A stretch of DNA of 62,660 nt, counting the filler, from Sphacelaria rigidula (lineage: Eukaryota), in NCBI GenBank assembly GCA_964200075.2. It is 8 parts of 8 records of this genome, joined end to end, with 100 filler letters (N's around TTAATTAATTAA, not from the genome) between each part and the next. Parts side by side here need not be neighbours in the genome. Positions count along the whole stretch, not along the records: positions 1 to 7,746 come from CAXNAA020013591.1; positions 7,847 to 15,592 come from CAXNAA020013592.1; 6 more parts are not named here. One strand, 5' to 3'. Position numbers and translations under genes: made by a program. Each line of letters starts with the position of its first letter. Within the stretch, counting starts at the first letter, position 1. The notes beneath the pieces were generated by a model, which was not told where the DNA came from, did not search any database, and worked only from the letters and a program-made list of their open reading frames with translations. Shown one piece after another: positions 1 to 12,727 of the stretch.

Positions 1-332
1 GCGTAAAAATGCTTTGTGCGGTATCTCACCGACCAGACCGCCGAATTCCTCGAATGGGGTACTGTACGGTAGCTGCATGCACAGGACGTGTGCTCAAGTA
101 AAAAACAAGAGTTGCTTGTTAGGAACGCTAGAGCATCCACTCTGAATCTGAAACTACGTTCTGAATCTCACGAATATAGTGTTGCTCGCGGAGGGATATT
201 TTGAGCGTTTTCGGCATGTGGTGATACATCTTTCAATGGCGCCCGCGAAGATAGAACTGCCCACCATACTAATTCCAATACATTTTCCAATCTACGTGTT
301 GAAAATCAATATATATATATACAATGCTGCAC

Positions 333-725
333 CAATATGCATTGTGACCGTCCGTTCCTTCGTGTATTGTTCGCTCAATATATATTGGACGCACTGGCGC
401 ACGACATATTGAGGCGGCAACGTATATTGGCGCTTCGGGTGTTGAGTATATTGAACCATCAATGTATATTGACCTCGTGTGGCAGCCAATATATTACTCG
501 ACCAATATATGTTGGTATCTTACCACACCAATATATTACTCGTGCAATATATATTGAGGTGGCGCGTGTCGTGATATATTGTTTGGTCGATATATATTGC
601 ATGTCGCGAGACTTGACATATTGATGGCACAATATATATTGACCCTCTCTCCTACCATCATATTGCTCGCCCACTATATATTGGCCACCCGACGCGTCGA
701 TGTATTTGGCGGGCAATATATATTA
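333..725. repeat. Periodic 42-43 bp dual-palindrome array with variable spacers (9 full units plus a terminal repeat)
   Basis: CAATATATATTG-like 12-mers start at 333, 376, 418, 460, 503, 545, 588, 630, 672 and 714. Each is followed by a mostly 14-15 nt GC-rich variable segment, a CAATATATTG-like 10-mer and a 6-nt variable segment. Confidence 0.9.
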
Positions 726-1034
726 CATATTGTATTGTCCAGGGTGTGGAATTTTTGCACTCTAGATCTGTTTCATGCTTTATGCTCTGCAAGAATCTTG
801 ACACTCTGGAAAACCCCCAACCCTACTGTAGTATATATGTAGTGAATACTTGTATATACTCTTGAGGATATTTGTGGATATAGTTATTTTGAGGGGGGGG
901 CGATTGGCCACAAGTGGAGCCTTAGCCGAAAGTAAGGATAATAATAAGATAATTAAAGTCAATCCAAGATTCTGACAAAAAGTTGAAATGCCATGGTAGC
1001 TCGCGCCCAGGTGTCGTGGTCCGACAGCCGCCAT

Positions 1035-1285
1035 TAGGGTGGAGAGAACGAGAGTTCAATTCCCGATGCGTTGAATTTTCCCTTCATGTCTGATATCCAC
1101 TGTGGAAAGCGTGAGAACGTGAGTGCACAAAGTAGTCGACTGAGTTTGTTCGACGTGAGTTGACGCGATGCGGGAGTGCTGACCCAACCCGCGAGATCAA
1201 AACTCAAGGCGTGTACCGGGGGAGGGATGGGTTGATCCCTTGAGACCACGGACTCATCCCGAGGAAGGGGAGGGGTTCAAAGTGC
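1035..1285 (+). repeat. Interspersed repeat (second copy near 36497-36665)
   Basis: Shares TTAGGGTGGAGA... and GATGGGTTGATCCCTTGAGACCACGGA(C/A)TC(A/G)TCCCGAGGAAG with 36497-36665 on another scaffold. Confidence 0.75.
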
Positions 1286-1559
1286 GACAAAAGAATAAAT
1301 TCAACATATATAGGTATAGGTACTACATTTTGGTTACGTAAGGTAATATGTTTTGCGTTTTAACGTGTAGAACGTACACATAGATTTCAAGCCAAAACTC
1401 CTAAAATCGAGGCGTGCATTCCACTCTGTGTATACACACACCGTTTCACCCCGTTGTCTAGCTGATAAGAGACTTCCACAACGGCGGAAGGTCATGAGTT
1501 CGAATCCAGACAGATCGCATTTCCCCCCCCGCGCGCAAGATCTGGTTCATTCGTCATTA

Positions 1560-1755
1560 GAGAGTTCCGGAAAACTCTTTTTTTCAGAGTGCAAATATCT
1601 CAGGATCAGACTGTAGAAAAAAAACAGCACCTCATCGAAAAAACGTTGAGGGGATACCACATTTGACGGAGGGGGAAATACTTTTCGTTACACTCTGATC
1701 CTGAGATATTTGCACTCTGATATGACAAAAAAAAAAAACGTTTTTTGAAACTCTC
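1560..1755. mobile_element. MITE of about 200 bp with long TIRs
   Basis: GAGAGTT..CAGAGTGCAAATATCTCAGGATCAGA pairs with TCTGATCCTGAGATATTTGCACTCTGA..AACTCTC, flanked by TA. Related copy at 29451-29656. Confidence 0.75.
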
Positions 1756-1769
1756 TATTAAGGTCATCC

Positions 1770-2100
1770 ATTGTGCAATAAATCCCCCTTCCCCTCTCCC
1801 CCATGGTGAGGCACCCATGAGGCAGTGTATAAGCTATGGCTGTCTCAGGAAGTGGCAATTCCAGACAAAAAAGCAGCTTATTGTAGGCTGTCATCCAGAT
1901 TGCAAAATAATCAGTAGGCTTCGGCCCGAACAATCTCGGCAGAATGCAGCTCACCCTTTATGCGACTCGCCGAACACACCATGGGGCTTCGCGCTTGGTG
2001 ACTGAGTGCGAGCCTGGTCCGGTCAAAACCCGGCGTGCNNNNNNNNNAGGGCGATGGTCGTGGGGCTATGGCATGCATGCTCATGCGTCCGCCCCCCCCC
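1770..2100 (-). repeat. High-copy interspersed repeat family A
   Basis: Reverse complement of the GTACTCATGATCATGCATGCC...CACCAAGCGCGAAG...GGCGAGTCGCATGAAGGGTGAGCTGCAT family also seen at 4688, 37463, 54745 and 58130. Confidence 0.8.
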
Positions 2101-4687
2101 TCCCCCCGTTTTTTTTGCGGGAGAGCGTGCATCAGCAGGTTGGTCTGCATCTCACAGCGATAAACTCATGCCAGCTTTATTCGGCAAACTGAAAAGGTTA
2201 TCGTGTGCTAGAGGATGTGCGTTTTTCGACTGGCCTAGCTTATTGTACAGATATCTACAAACAACCCCGACAAAAAAAATCCGTCCCAATTACGAGCAAA
2301 GAAGACGTACACCATTCGCGTTATTCCGTTAAATCGCACAAGTCAGGAAGAGACATGGCAAGTTGTAAATACAAGCACACATTTAATAAACTCACAGTGC
2401 AGTCGCCGCAAACACGCAACAATCGTAACGATGTACGTCCGTACGTGAACTCAAAGCGCCAAGCAACAACACACGATATATCTGCTGTACTTGATGGACA
2501 CAGCCGAAGCATACCGGCGAAAGAGAGGGAAAACATCCATGCCCCTTCCGCTTGTTCCCACGCCCCGGCACCATTTAGCTAAATAGTAGTGATTTGAACC
2601 CGTACTTTGCGTATGTATGCTTCTGTCTGGGATCAAAAATTATCGTCGTTGCTGTCGCTGTAAGAGCGGGAAGCCTTGTCCTCGGAGCTCTCGTCGTCCT
2701 CGTCGATTAGAGACCCTGTATCATCAGAGTCATTCAGCGATACCTACGTGCGGCAAAGGCATGTACACAGGCGCGCGCGTGGACGGCCAAGCCACGCATA
2801 AATAGAGGGAAAGTTTCACAGGGGCGGGTGTCAGTAGCAAGCATAATTGAACAGGCAGCAGAATACCGTGCTTCGACGTGTGTTGGTAACTTGTGGCCTG
2901 CACCGAACTGCCGCTGCCGCGTGAAGCTACTCACAGGCAATACGTGGGCGACGTTGCGATGCATGGTTTAGCGCGGAACCGTGTTATTGGGGTTATGTGT
3001 CAGGCCAGTTCCTAGTTGCTGGTAAAACTTGCCCTCGAGAATTTTCAGCTGGTTGAAACTGAATTACTGTTGTTGTGCTTCGAAAAAAACACCATAAACA
3101 CCGTTCATTCGGGGGACTATATTTTTGTGATGCAACCTTCGAGTGAGGGCTAAGGATAATCCGAGAATTATATATATATATATATAAGTGTTTTGCGCGC
3201 TTCGTATAGTTTGACGTGTACGCTTGATGCACCTCTTCATCTTCGCTGCTTGTCGCACCGCCAGAGCGATTGAGGTCGCTGCCAGACATCTCCGACGATG
3301 ATGCCCCCGACGCACTCCCGCTGCGGTTTCGATCCTGTCCGTTTCACCCAAGTCGTGCACACACACACACACACACACACATGTACGCCACGCGGGAACG
3401 ACAGAGTGTCGCAACAGATATCTTCGACAACCAACAGCTGGGCACACATTATCACGCGCACCCAAAACCTTGGGTAGAAAAAACCGACTGCACACGCACA
3501 CAAGACAGCTGTACCGTCAAGCGTCTTCTCAGCATCCCGAGTGAGGCAATGGTACAGCTCCTGTATCGATATAAAGTACATGAAGGAATCATACACGCGC
3601 TAGGTAGGGAGGCGGGGTCCATTGTTGCCCAAACATGGCTCTTTCGGACAGTGATTTGGCAATAACGACCGCAAACAAACGTCCCCCTCTACCGTGGGAT
3701 GGCTCGTTGCAACTACTTGCGCAATTTTACCGTCCGGATCGACAACAATAGGATTCTACATGCTCGCTACTGCCTGAAGCGACGTCTCAGAGAGGTTCTC
3801 TCGGTCGTGCAACTGATGGTTAACCCCTCCCGTCATACACACACCCAGCGTGGGACGGCCTCCAGCTCGATGTTTCCCTCTCTCTTCTGACTCACTCACT
3901 TCCCCCTAATAACACGATTTGTTACCCTCCCTTCTCCGCCTGTGCATGATGGTGCTTGCCGTCTTCGAATGCCACCAACGAATCCCCCCGCCTCGAGAAT
4001 CAACAGGTGGATTGAGATCATTTTTCGGAAGCAGTTTGATCTACACCACATGAAAAAGAACGTACACAGCGCCGCAGCAAGTCATCCATGAAACACGACA
4101 AGCGAGGACAAAGGTCTTCGACGGCTTTGCCTTTGAACGTGTAAGCCGACAACGACAGTAGTCTTGAGGCGGATCTTCGCTTGTTTCTGCTGGCTCCTCA
4201 AATGCCGCCACGTATCCCTTACGCCAATGTCATGGATATACCGCCACCCAAGGATAACGCACGCACGCAGGCATGTCTCTGTGAAACCCCGCCACACTAT
4301 GGTACCCTAGGCCGTAAAACGGCGGAAAAATCGAACTAAAGAAGGATGACCAATTGTTTGATCAGGGCTTTTTTTCTCATCACACACGCACTCGCTCGGC
4401 TGTTCCTCACCCGTGATCCTCCCGTCCCCGCCTTTGATGAGTTCCGCCGCGCACTCCCGTGGGCTCCTGCGCGATCTTTGTTGTTACCGCCGCCCCTACC
4501 ACTGCCGCTGCTACCTCGATCTCTGTTGGATGTTCCCGCGGAGCCGTTTCCCCCCCTCGAGTTGGCTCCGCCTAGGCGACTGTTGCCCCCTCCTCCGCCC
4601 CTGCTCCCGCCTTGTTTTGCGCGTGTGTGAGCATAGCATCAATGTGTGGGTTTTTTTGCAAGGGGGCGCGCGCGAGGGGATGGGGAA

Positions 4688-5125
4688 CGGGGGGGGATGC
4701 TCATGATTCTGCATGCCGTGGTCATGAGACCATCGACCTCGCATCCCTTCAAAGCCTGGATGGAGCGCGCCAGATTTTCGCCGGATCGGACTCGCAATTC
4801 AACACCAATCACCAAGCGCGAAGCGCCGTGATGTGTTTGGCGAGTCGCATGAAGGGTGAGCTGCATCCTGCTAAGATTGTTCGGCCCGAAAGCATACTGA
4901 TTATCTTGCAAATGGATGATAGCCTCGAGTAAGTTGCTTCATTTTCGGGCATCGTCGTCTCCAGAAACAGCCACGGGTTACACACTGCCTTATGGGCGTC
5001 TCACCATTTAAACACTGCGGAGTACGACCAACCCCCTTTGTGTAAATTGTCCGCCCGGCACAATATGATGCAGCCCAACCACCATCATGGTTACGCCAAG
5101 AAAAAGCAAGCGAGGAGAAAAACAA
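4688..5125 (+). repeat. High-copy interspersed repeat family A
   Basis: Aligns by eye over about 430 bp with 37463-37890, including the shared run CGAGTCGCATGAAGGGTGAGCTGCATCCTGCTA. Confidence 0.85.
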
Positions 5126-7509
5126 ACCGTTGACGACTAATGCCGAAGTAGCCCCCCCTCAAACGTGCACCGGAGACCGTCCGATACACCGGCTGCGATC
5201 CCATTGTTGGGCTCGTTTGTAGCAATATCGCCCAAATGAGAGGCGTGTAGCATTCCGAAATCAGCTAGAACGCCCAAATGAGTCGCGTCGTGCAGCACGA
5301 AACCAGCTCTAACGGCATTTATGAACATCGCCTCCGTGCAGGTTTTTGATCGGTTCGGGGGGGGGCTATCTCGGCTGCAGTCTAACCCGGTTGCCTAGCC
5401 CACGGAGTGAGTGATGTGCTCTAGATACAGCGTCGTCGCCGACGGACGCCAATCGTTTAAAGGGAAAGGGCGCAGTAACCTTTGAATTTTCTTCGTCGAT
5501 TTTACGACATAACTGCAGATACGTAGTCACAACATGAACAACTTTCAAGTACCATTGCGGTATGCTCGGGTGTCCATCAATTTGAGACCTCTGGGCGACA
5601 AACAACAAAAACTCCATGCGGTATCAATGATGGTGTAGTTTGGCAGGTTCGAGTAAAGAAATAACGCTTACATCAGCCGCAATCTTTTCCTACGACTGGG
5701 TATGAGTATGCTTCTTCGCATACGCCGGCATTTTTTCTTTTTCTTCATTTTCCCTTTTCATTTCGTAGTCTACCCTGTTACTGTTCTGCCCCACCTCTCC
5801 TGTTTTCTTATTTTTTTCCCTAGCGAGTGTTCCAGTTTTGTTTTGTCTCGGGGCACGTCTAATCATGTGGTCACGGCTGGATCCTTGGGGGTCAGTCAGT
5901 GCGACAGTCATCACCGTATCCAGCGATACAGAATACTCTCGCGGTGTAATCTCAGCCTGCTCTTCGTCGCGCGTAGTCGGAGTGATCAATCACTACGGTC
6001 ACTCATAAACCATCCCATCGGAAGGAGGGAGGATATATATCGGAGCTCACAGGTGTGCTGTACAACGCCACAGTTGTGTGCTCGGATTATGGCAAGATGA
6101 ATCGTCGCCAGGCCACCGACATGTCGCTGCAGGTCAACACGGAGACAATTCCGGGTGCTCCTTACTGCTTCAAGCACCGTATCGAACTGGCTTTTCTCAG
6201 GCAGCATTTTCATTACCCCCCCTGCCCCCCTCCTTTCGTGCGATGGCTCAGGTGCCGGTCAAGGGGTGGCAGGGTGGACGATGTACCTAGAACAGAGTGA
6301 TGCTACGGTAGAGGTGCACAACTTTATTCTGACGTCAGAATCGTCAGGAGCCCCTTATCTCATCCAAAACACAGCTCATGGAATGTGTGAGAGTACGCCA
6401 GGATAACTATTCCAATGTGCTGGAGATGTCCCGAATGAATCTCCAACCGGTGATGCCCTGGCCCATATTCTTGTGCATTAACTAGAATCGTTAGGAGCCC
6501 CTGAACCAGAAAACATTTTCCGCAAAAGGTGCACCCCTACCGTAACATTGCTCAACACGACACGGTACCACTCGCATACTACTTGGGCAACGTCCTACGA
6601 AGGTACGTGATGCTACGTATGGAAACATTCTTTGATTTCTCTTCATAGGACACAAAGATGTACGAGAAATATCGAACTAGAAAAAAGGGGGGGGAAGACA
6701 CGGTCTTCTGCCATCGGAACGGGTTTTTACGTACAATGAATAGCATTCAGTATCTATCATAACTACAGTATACAGTGGGTGGTATAGAATCCCGCATACA
6801 TGGCCAGGGAGAAGAACTCATCAACTCCACCAAAAATGCCGACGAAAGTTGTTAGCTCACTACATACAATGCAGCACGGTGAAGCACGATACAACAGTGA
6901 CGGCGGTAGCGAGCACAAGAGCCAAAACTTTTCACAAAATAACATTGTTGCTACGAAGCTGCTGGGGCCGTCTACTACAGGAACACGACGTCGCGAGCAA
7001 CGGACGAACGCTGGCATTGATCGGCATACATACATGGGTTTCGAAAAATGCCGCATTCGTCTCAGCTCGAGAGCTATTGGCAGGCCGCTTAATTCAAATC
7101 GATACTTGTTTGCTTTTTTTTTAATTCCCTCGGGCAACGATTCTTTGCTTGTTTGGACACTTGCATACAAGTTCTTCTATTTCTCTGTTGAAACACAGAA
7201 GCAGGAAAAAAAACTAAGACAAAAAAAACGCCAATGATTGGTATCTCAGAACGACCCTAAAGTTCCATAGTACAAACAGCACTATACGATCCGTCATTGG
7301 CTAGAACGCACCCCTGCTACCGCTGCCAGAAGGAGACCCGCTGCCTCTCCCGCCATTGATCGCCGTGCCGCCTCCGAACCCCGGGAACTGTTTTCGGAGA
7401 AGCTCCTCCTCGATTGCACTTTCGTTGTCCGGCTCCCTTCCGAAAAACTAATCCACGATCGAAAAGAGGAGCCCGACGAGGGTTGGGAGAGGGGAGGGAT
7501 GTCCAGTGG

Positions 7510-7746
7510 CTGACGTTTGGGTTCAGGCAGCATAAAGCGCCTCATATGGGCGACATTGGCGAGAACGAACCCAAGCGTGAGAATTCCCAGCTGCTTGTTG
7601 TGCTCGGCTCATTCCATTTCGATTTACGTCAAGATTTCGTCTCACCAAACAAGTGACTTATTTATTTATTTATTTTGGGGGGGGCGTACTCATTTGTTGC
7701 TTGCCTTAGTCATTTGACCATTGACCACGCATCCCTTTCGAGACGG
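7510..7746 (+). repeat. Repeat segment C followed by family B head at the scaffold end
   Basis: TTTGG(G/T)TTCAGGC...CATTGGCGA(G/A)...CCCAAGC also occurs at about 26610-26700 and 37310-37450. It is followed by a G run and GTACTCATTTGTTGCTTGCCTTAGTC. Confidence 0.75.
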
Positions 7747-7846
7747 NNNNNNNNNNNNNNNNNNNNNNNNNNNNNNNNNNNNNNNNNNNNTTAATTAATT
7801 AANNNNNNNNNNNNNNNNNNNNNNNNNNNNNNNNNNNNNNNNNNNN
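7747..7846. other. Artificial scaffold linker
   Basis: N44-TTAATTAATTAA-N44, with stop codons in all six frames. Confidence 0.98.
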
Positions 7847-9151
7847 AACAAATGGCCCAAAATACCCCTCCCGCTATCGTAGGATGACTCCATGATAAAA
7901 GAGTTATGGGGAAATTTCAAGTTTATTTCGCGACCTCAAGGTAATAATCAGTTTTCAGTTTTTTTTTAAATACCGTCAATTCATCAAAATTTGTTTTTTG
8001 TCAATACATACTTGTTCTATTTATACCCTGCTAACTATCCATCCAAAATTTTAGAGTTCAACCCCAAGTATTGAATTGCGAGTGGGCCTGCAAACTTCAA
8101 ATCCGCTTCTAGGCTGGCCCAGCTCGTACAACGAGTACTGTCTGCACTTGTATTCTGTGACCACAGGTTCGACTAATACTGGATCTAATGTGACGAGAAA
8201 CCTCGGGCGGCGTGGGTGCAATTGCAGAACAGTAGCAGCGATCCATTGACGCAATCATGAAGGCACCACGCCACGGAACAGCTGCCTTCGTGCTGCGAGG
8301 AACAGATAGACGTTTCCGCTTTCAATTTCCACCTCGAACTTGGCGCAGCATGCACGGAAAATACAGGACAACCCTCGTGCAGTGCCTGTTCAGCTGCACT
8401 CGGGTGTGATGTACCGTACTTTGTATCGTCATCACTCACTTCTAGGCGCTGGAACTTGACACAGCACAAGTACAGCACAGCTGTCAAAACCAGCTCAGCT
8501 CAACGTCATCTAGGTAGTTGTGCGCAGTACTTCGGGCGGGAGGGCATCGAGAGGGGAATGTTGGTTCCGGGTATGCAGGGTTGGTGTGTGAACTCCGTCG
8601 AGCACGTGGCGAGTGCTTGGAGGAAATGGGAAATTTTCCGGAAGAGCTATTCGGCCGATGGAGGGGCATCACGCTCGACCAGGTAAGGGCTATGATGTAC
8701 TCATGATCATGCATGCCATAGTCATAAGACCATTGATAAGGGCTATGATAGGTGGGTACACAGAAACGCATTTATTGAGTATCACTCATGCTACTACTCA
8801 CCGCGGGTAAAAGCTATGGAGCTCACTCTCTGACGCAGAAGCATCCGCGGCATGCATGTCTTTTTGCAGCGAGCAAGGGGGACCACCTGGATCTGCGAGC
8901 TCGATGACCCTCCCCGTCATACCATACTATGATGTCCATATGCACACGCGCATACTCGTACTTCAAGGTTCGTGACATTTGACTTATTATTAGAATACCG
9001 GTATATTTTCTGGCAAAATGAGGCGAGATATTATGGCGAAGACGTTATTGGCCCACGGATTGTCCACTTTTGGGACGTTTGGCCAACGTTTTGATCCCTA
9101 AACAGGAAAAATTGTGAGGCTGTGAACTGAACAAGTTTTTACTGGCGATCA

Positions 9152-9628
9152 GGCCGCTCCTCATAACCGACAAAAATAAAAATGTGGAAAAGTGCCTTTT
9201 CGGAGCTTTTACGTCGTTTACGCCCCTAAAGAGAGCTAGGTGGAGTTTGACACCTTGGAATGAATCACTCTACTAGTGGAGGCGGTTCCAGAACATCGTC
9301 CCGTTTTTCGGTGGCCGCAGTTATTATATTGGCCTAACAAGAATTTTTGTCCAAGAACCGTAAAAAAAAGTCAAATCTGGAAAAAATCGCCACTTTGCTC
9401 TGGACTTGATTTTTTCTTGCAGTTCTTGAACAAAAATTATTGTTTGGCCAAAATGAAAACTGCGACCACCGGAAAACGGGAAGAGGGTCTGGGACCGCCT
9501 CAACTACTAGAGCAAGTCATTCCAAGGTGTCAAACTGCTTCCAGCTCTCTTTTGGGGCGTAAAACGATGTAAAAGCTACAAGAACGCGCTTTTCCAAAAA
9601 AATATTTTGTCTGTTATAAGAAGCGGCT
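9152..9628. mobile_element. Foldback MITE, PIF/Harbinger-like termini
   Basis: The whole 477 bp is an imperfect palindrome (e.g. GTTTGACACCTTGGAATGA / TCATTCCAAGGTGTCAAAC). Termini GGCCGCTCCTCATAAC / GTTATAAGAAGCGGCT are flanked by TCA and TTA. Confidence 0.8.
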
Positions 9629-12318
9629 TTACACTGGAACGGGTCATGAAGACTCCAGCTATCGAGTTGATTTGAGGTCTACTGTTACCGGTTATGTTGA
9701 TATCAATTTTAGCGTGGTGAATTTATAACGAAGATGTGATGGTAAATGACTGAGTGCCTGAATTAAACTAGTTCTTTGAGATTTGCAGATGGTCCCCAGC
9801 AACGACCGGCGGGTATAAACAGATTCTAGTCGAATGTGTGCTTGTGCAACGTCGAAACTGGGCCAATACAGCCCAATCGGCGTCGTTGCGCCTGCAGGCT
9901 GTAGTCGGATCGATTATATCGGATTTGCCATATGGGGCATGCGCCTGCCATAATAGGTAGATAAAAGACACGCGCCACAACGAGTTGGTATTATGGCCAT
10001 TGTATGCGTAACTAGGAGGTTTTGAGGGTGAGGGCGAACAGCGCCCACCATCGCCAACGAGTTCACTTGCTATCCACTGGTCAAAGAGAGGCTTACCGTA
10101 GAACAAATCACAAGAAGGATCCTCAGCTTTTGATCTGCTCTGCACGGAGTCTAACTCTCTGGCCAGCAAGCCGTTTCTCAAGAAGTGAGTGACGTGTATT
10201 ATAATCCCTTTGCGTCTTTTGGTTTTTCTTTTTCTGAAAGAGCTCGGTGCTTACTTTCAACAACAGCTGTCTGCTGTTAACGAGTGCCGTGTGCGAGAGA
10301 ACCTTACTGCTTGAGTCAACGAGCCAAACACAGGACCAGCGGGTCACATTCTAATCTACCTTGGGGTGTGGCTTGCTCTGCTAGTGGATACAACGGCATT
10401 CATGGGACTTCAGAGGTAGCTTGTGTCATTCAAGCCGAGGGTTTTCTGTCTCGATCGGCCGCTGTTTACACACAGCCAAACATCAGCTCGCGGTTGTCTT
10501 TGAAACATTGCATTTTCGGCCCATGTCTTTCACTTGATATTTGTGCACACGATTCACCGGTGTTACCACGCGGGTAATTGGACAGCTTCTTGGCCAGCTG
10601 TTCTTTTTCTTTCCTCGGAGTTTTAAAGACATTCCGACTTGATTTAGCTGCAGGGCTTCGATGTGTCATACAGTTCCCACGTTGGTTTCAGGCAATGGCG
10701 ACCGACCCACGAGGTGCTTCAGGTACGAGCGCACACGCGAGTCCTCTTTTGCTACACAACCAATCACCCCCCCAACGCTCCGCGACCGCCCCTGTTCACA
10801 GTCCGTCGACCCTGTATCAACTGAATCGACCGACGTAAGTCGCAACACACGCCGATTCATGCTTGCAGATAAGGAGTACGAGGGCTATTTCAATCGCCGC
10901 CGCTGCGCAGACGATTCTAATTTCCAAACACGGAACGTTGAGCCCACCATGCACACTGAATTCTATCGATGCGACATATTGGGCCAGATATATAAGAGTT
11001 TTGTCTGCACACGAGCATAATGGAACACGACGAGGCGCAAGGCTCATGTTACTTATACACAAGCGCTCGGCTCTGTACTTCTGTCACTTTTACACGGCAC
11101 CAGTGTACACTACAGTTTGGTTGTCTCCCCACCAATACAACCACTGCAGTACGTACCAACCGCCCAGAACGCCGCGTACCTCCTGCGTTGAAATATTGTT
11201 CCGAACTGAAGTACTGTCCAGAGCACAGGGCCGTTTGAATTGCAAGTGGTCTCGGCGAGCAATATGTTTGCGGGCGGTTAGGTGCCGTGCTGTATCATGA
11301 GTGGCACTGCTCTCCAACCTAAACAAAGCCATCTATGTTGCAATCTCGATATGATCGCACACGGCGCGGGTATGACGTTGTGTCGGGTTTTCTTCATGTG
11401 ATGCGAACAAATTGACATCGTATTGCTCTGTCGACCACGCCCGCTGCACCACGCGAAGATCAAATGTACTGTACTGTGCCACACAGCATTTTGCTGTCTG
11501 GTGCTTTTTACGCTGCTGTCTGCACTGCACTACACATTTGTATTTCGGTTGTGCTTGTACATTTTTTAACTGTCTACCTGCACGATGCTACGTGATCGAA
11601 ACCCCGACTCGGCTAACTCCAGCGAACTACGCGGTACTGTGATAAGTATCGCCAGCTGCGCTGATATTGCCTCTAAAAATACGACTACCGACAGTTTTTG
11701 TTTTTTCTCAACCTCAACATGTTCTCAAAACCGAACTGAGCGGTTTGTCGTCGGTGTTCGCCGCGTCCCACACGTATATCCCTTCATGGCATGCAGGTTT
11801 GTCCAATGCGCTGTTGCGCTGATGACAGTCTCTGTATGTTGATTGTGACAACCTTCGTTTTCTTCTTGTCTCTCTGCTGTTACAGTGATCCACCAACACA
11901 CACACATGCCGTTTGTTGTGTGTCCTCGGTTTTGTTTTTTTCTTTCGTCTGCACCTGATTGAAAAGGTGATAGACCGCTACATGTGCGGAGTGCGCGGAT
12001 CTCCATGTCGATCTAAAACTGTCAGTGCCCTGCCATTATATTCCCTTTATTTTTGTTCACTCCGCCTCAGTCCTCAAGACTATGCTGTCTCCCACGACGA
12101 AACGTTCACTTTTCGAACCCGCATCTCTACGTGAAGGATCTGGCGCAATTGCACAGGTGTACAAGCCATGTCTGATATTAACCGCCCTTCGACTTCATCG
12201 GCGCACGATGCGCGGAGGACGGTGCTCTCCTTACAGACAATGGTTAAACGACCGTACAGTCAACCCAAATCATGCGTAGAGAGACGGTTGGCAACAACGA
12301 ACCGGAACGTTTCGATGT

Positions 12319-12727
12319 TGATGATGGCGTTGTTGCCGGGCGTTTTTTCAGGGACGTGAGTGTGGATAAAGACAATCCTCCTCCACATGCTCACCCTAAC
12401 CCCGTTGGTGCCCGCTCCCCTGTACTCTAACCAGCCACACAAACCGCTGACGGTATTCCTACTCTTCATTCTCAGATGGTATCTCTCCACGTGAGCTCTA
12501 ATGCTAAGAAACGCTTTCCTGACGATGACCTCCGCACCCCACCAGGGCGGTACCCACATAACACTGATGCTCACCTCACAACTTGACAACCTTTTGGGAA
12601 CGTTCTACAAGTTCCGGAGATTTCAAATAGCATCCAGTGGGATGACCCAGGACGCGTTACTTAGCCCAAAACCTAAGCACCGCCACCTGCCTGTTTATTT
12701 TCTACTTCTGTAGTTTATTTCTCATCA
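12319..12727 (+). repeat. Candidate 5' LTR of the gypsy element
   Basis: Begins TGATGA, ends TCATCA, and is followed 2 nt later by TGGTAC (PBS-like). Lies upstream of the pol remnants. No second LTR is in the scaffold to confirm it. Confidence 0.5.

Noticed and set aside
333-725. Calling the array a bona fide CRISPR
   Set aside because: The repeats are short and degenerate, the spacers are only about 14-15 and 6 nt, the context is eukaryotic, and there are no cas genes. It is reported as an unexplained array instead.
4400-4625. Gly/Ser/Arg-rich minus-strand frame (Pro/Leu-rich on plus)
   Set aside because: Low complexity, with no start or acceptor and no domain to support a call.
7791-7802. 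TTAATTAATTAA as a biological palindrome, and ORFs running through the N blocks
   Set aside because: It is identical in all seven N-flanked linkers, so it is an artificial six-frame stop spacer.
8514-8682. Possible exon ending at the GTAAGG donor (..FPEELFGRWRGITLDQ)
   Set aside because: Splice signals are plausible, but there is no recognisable homology or downstream exon.
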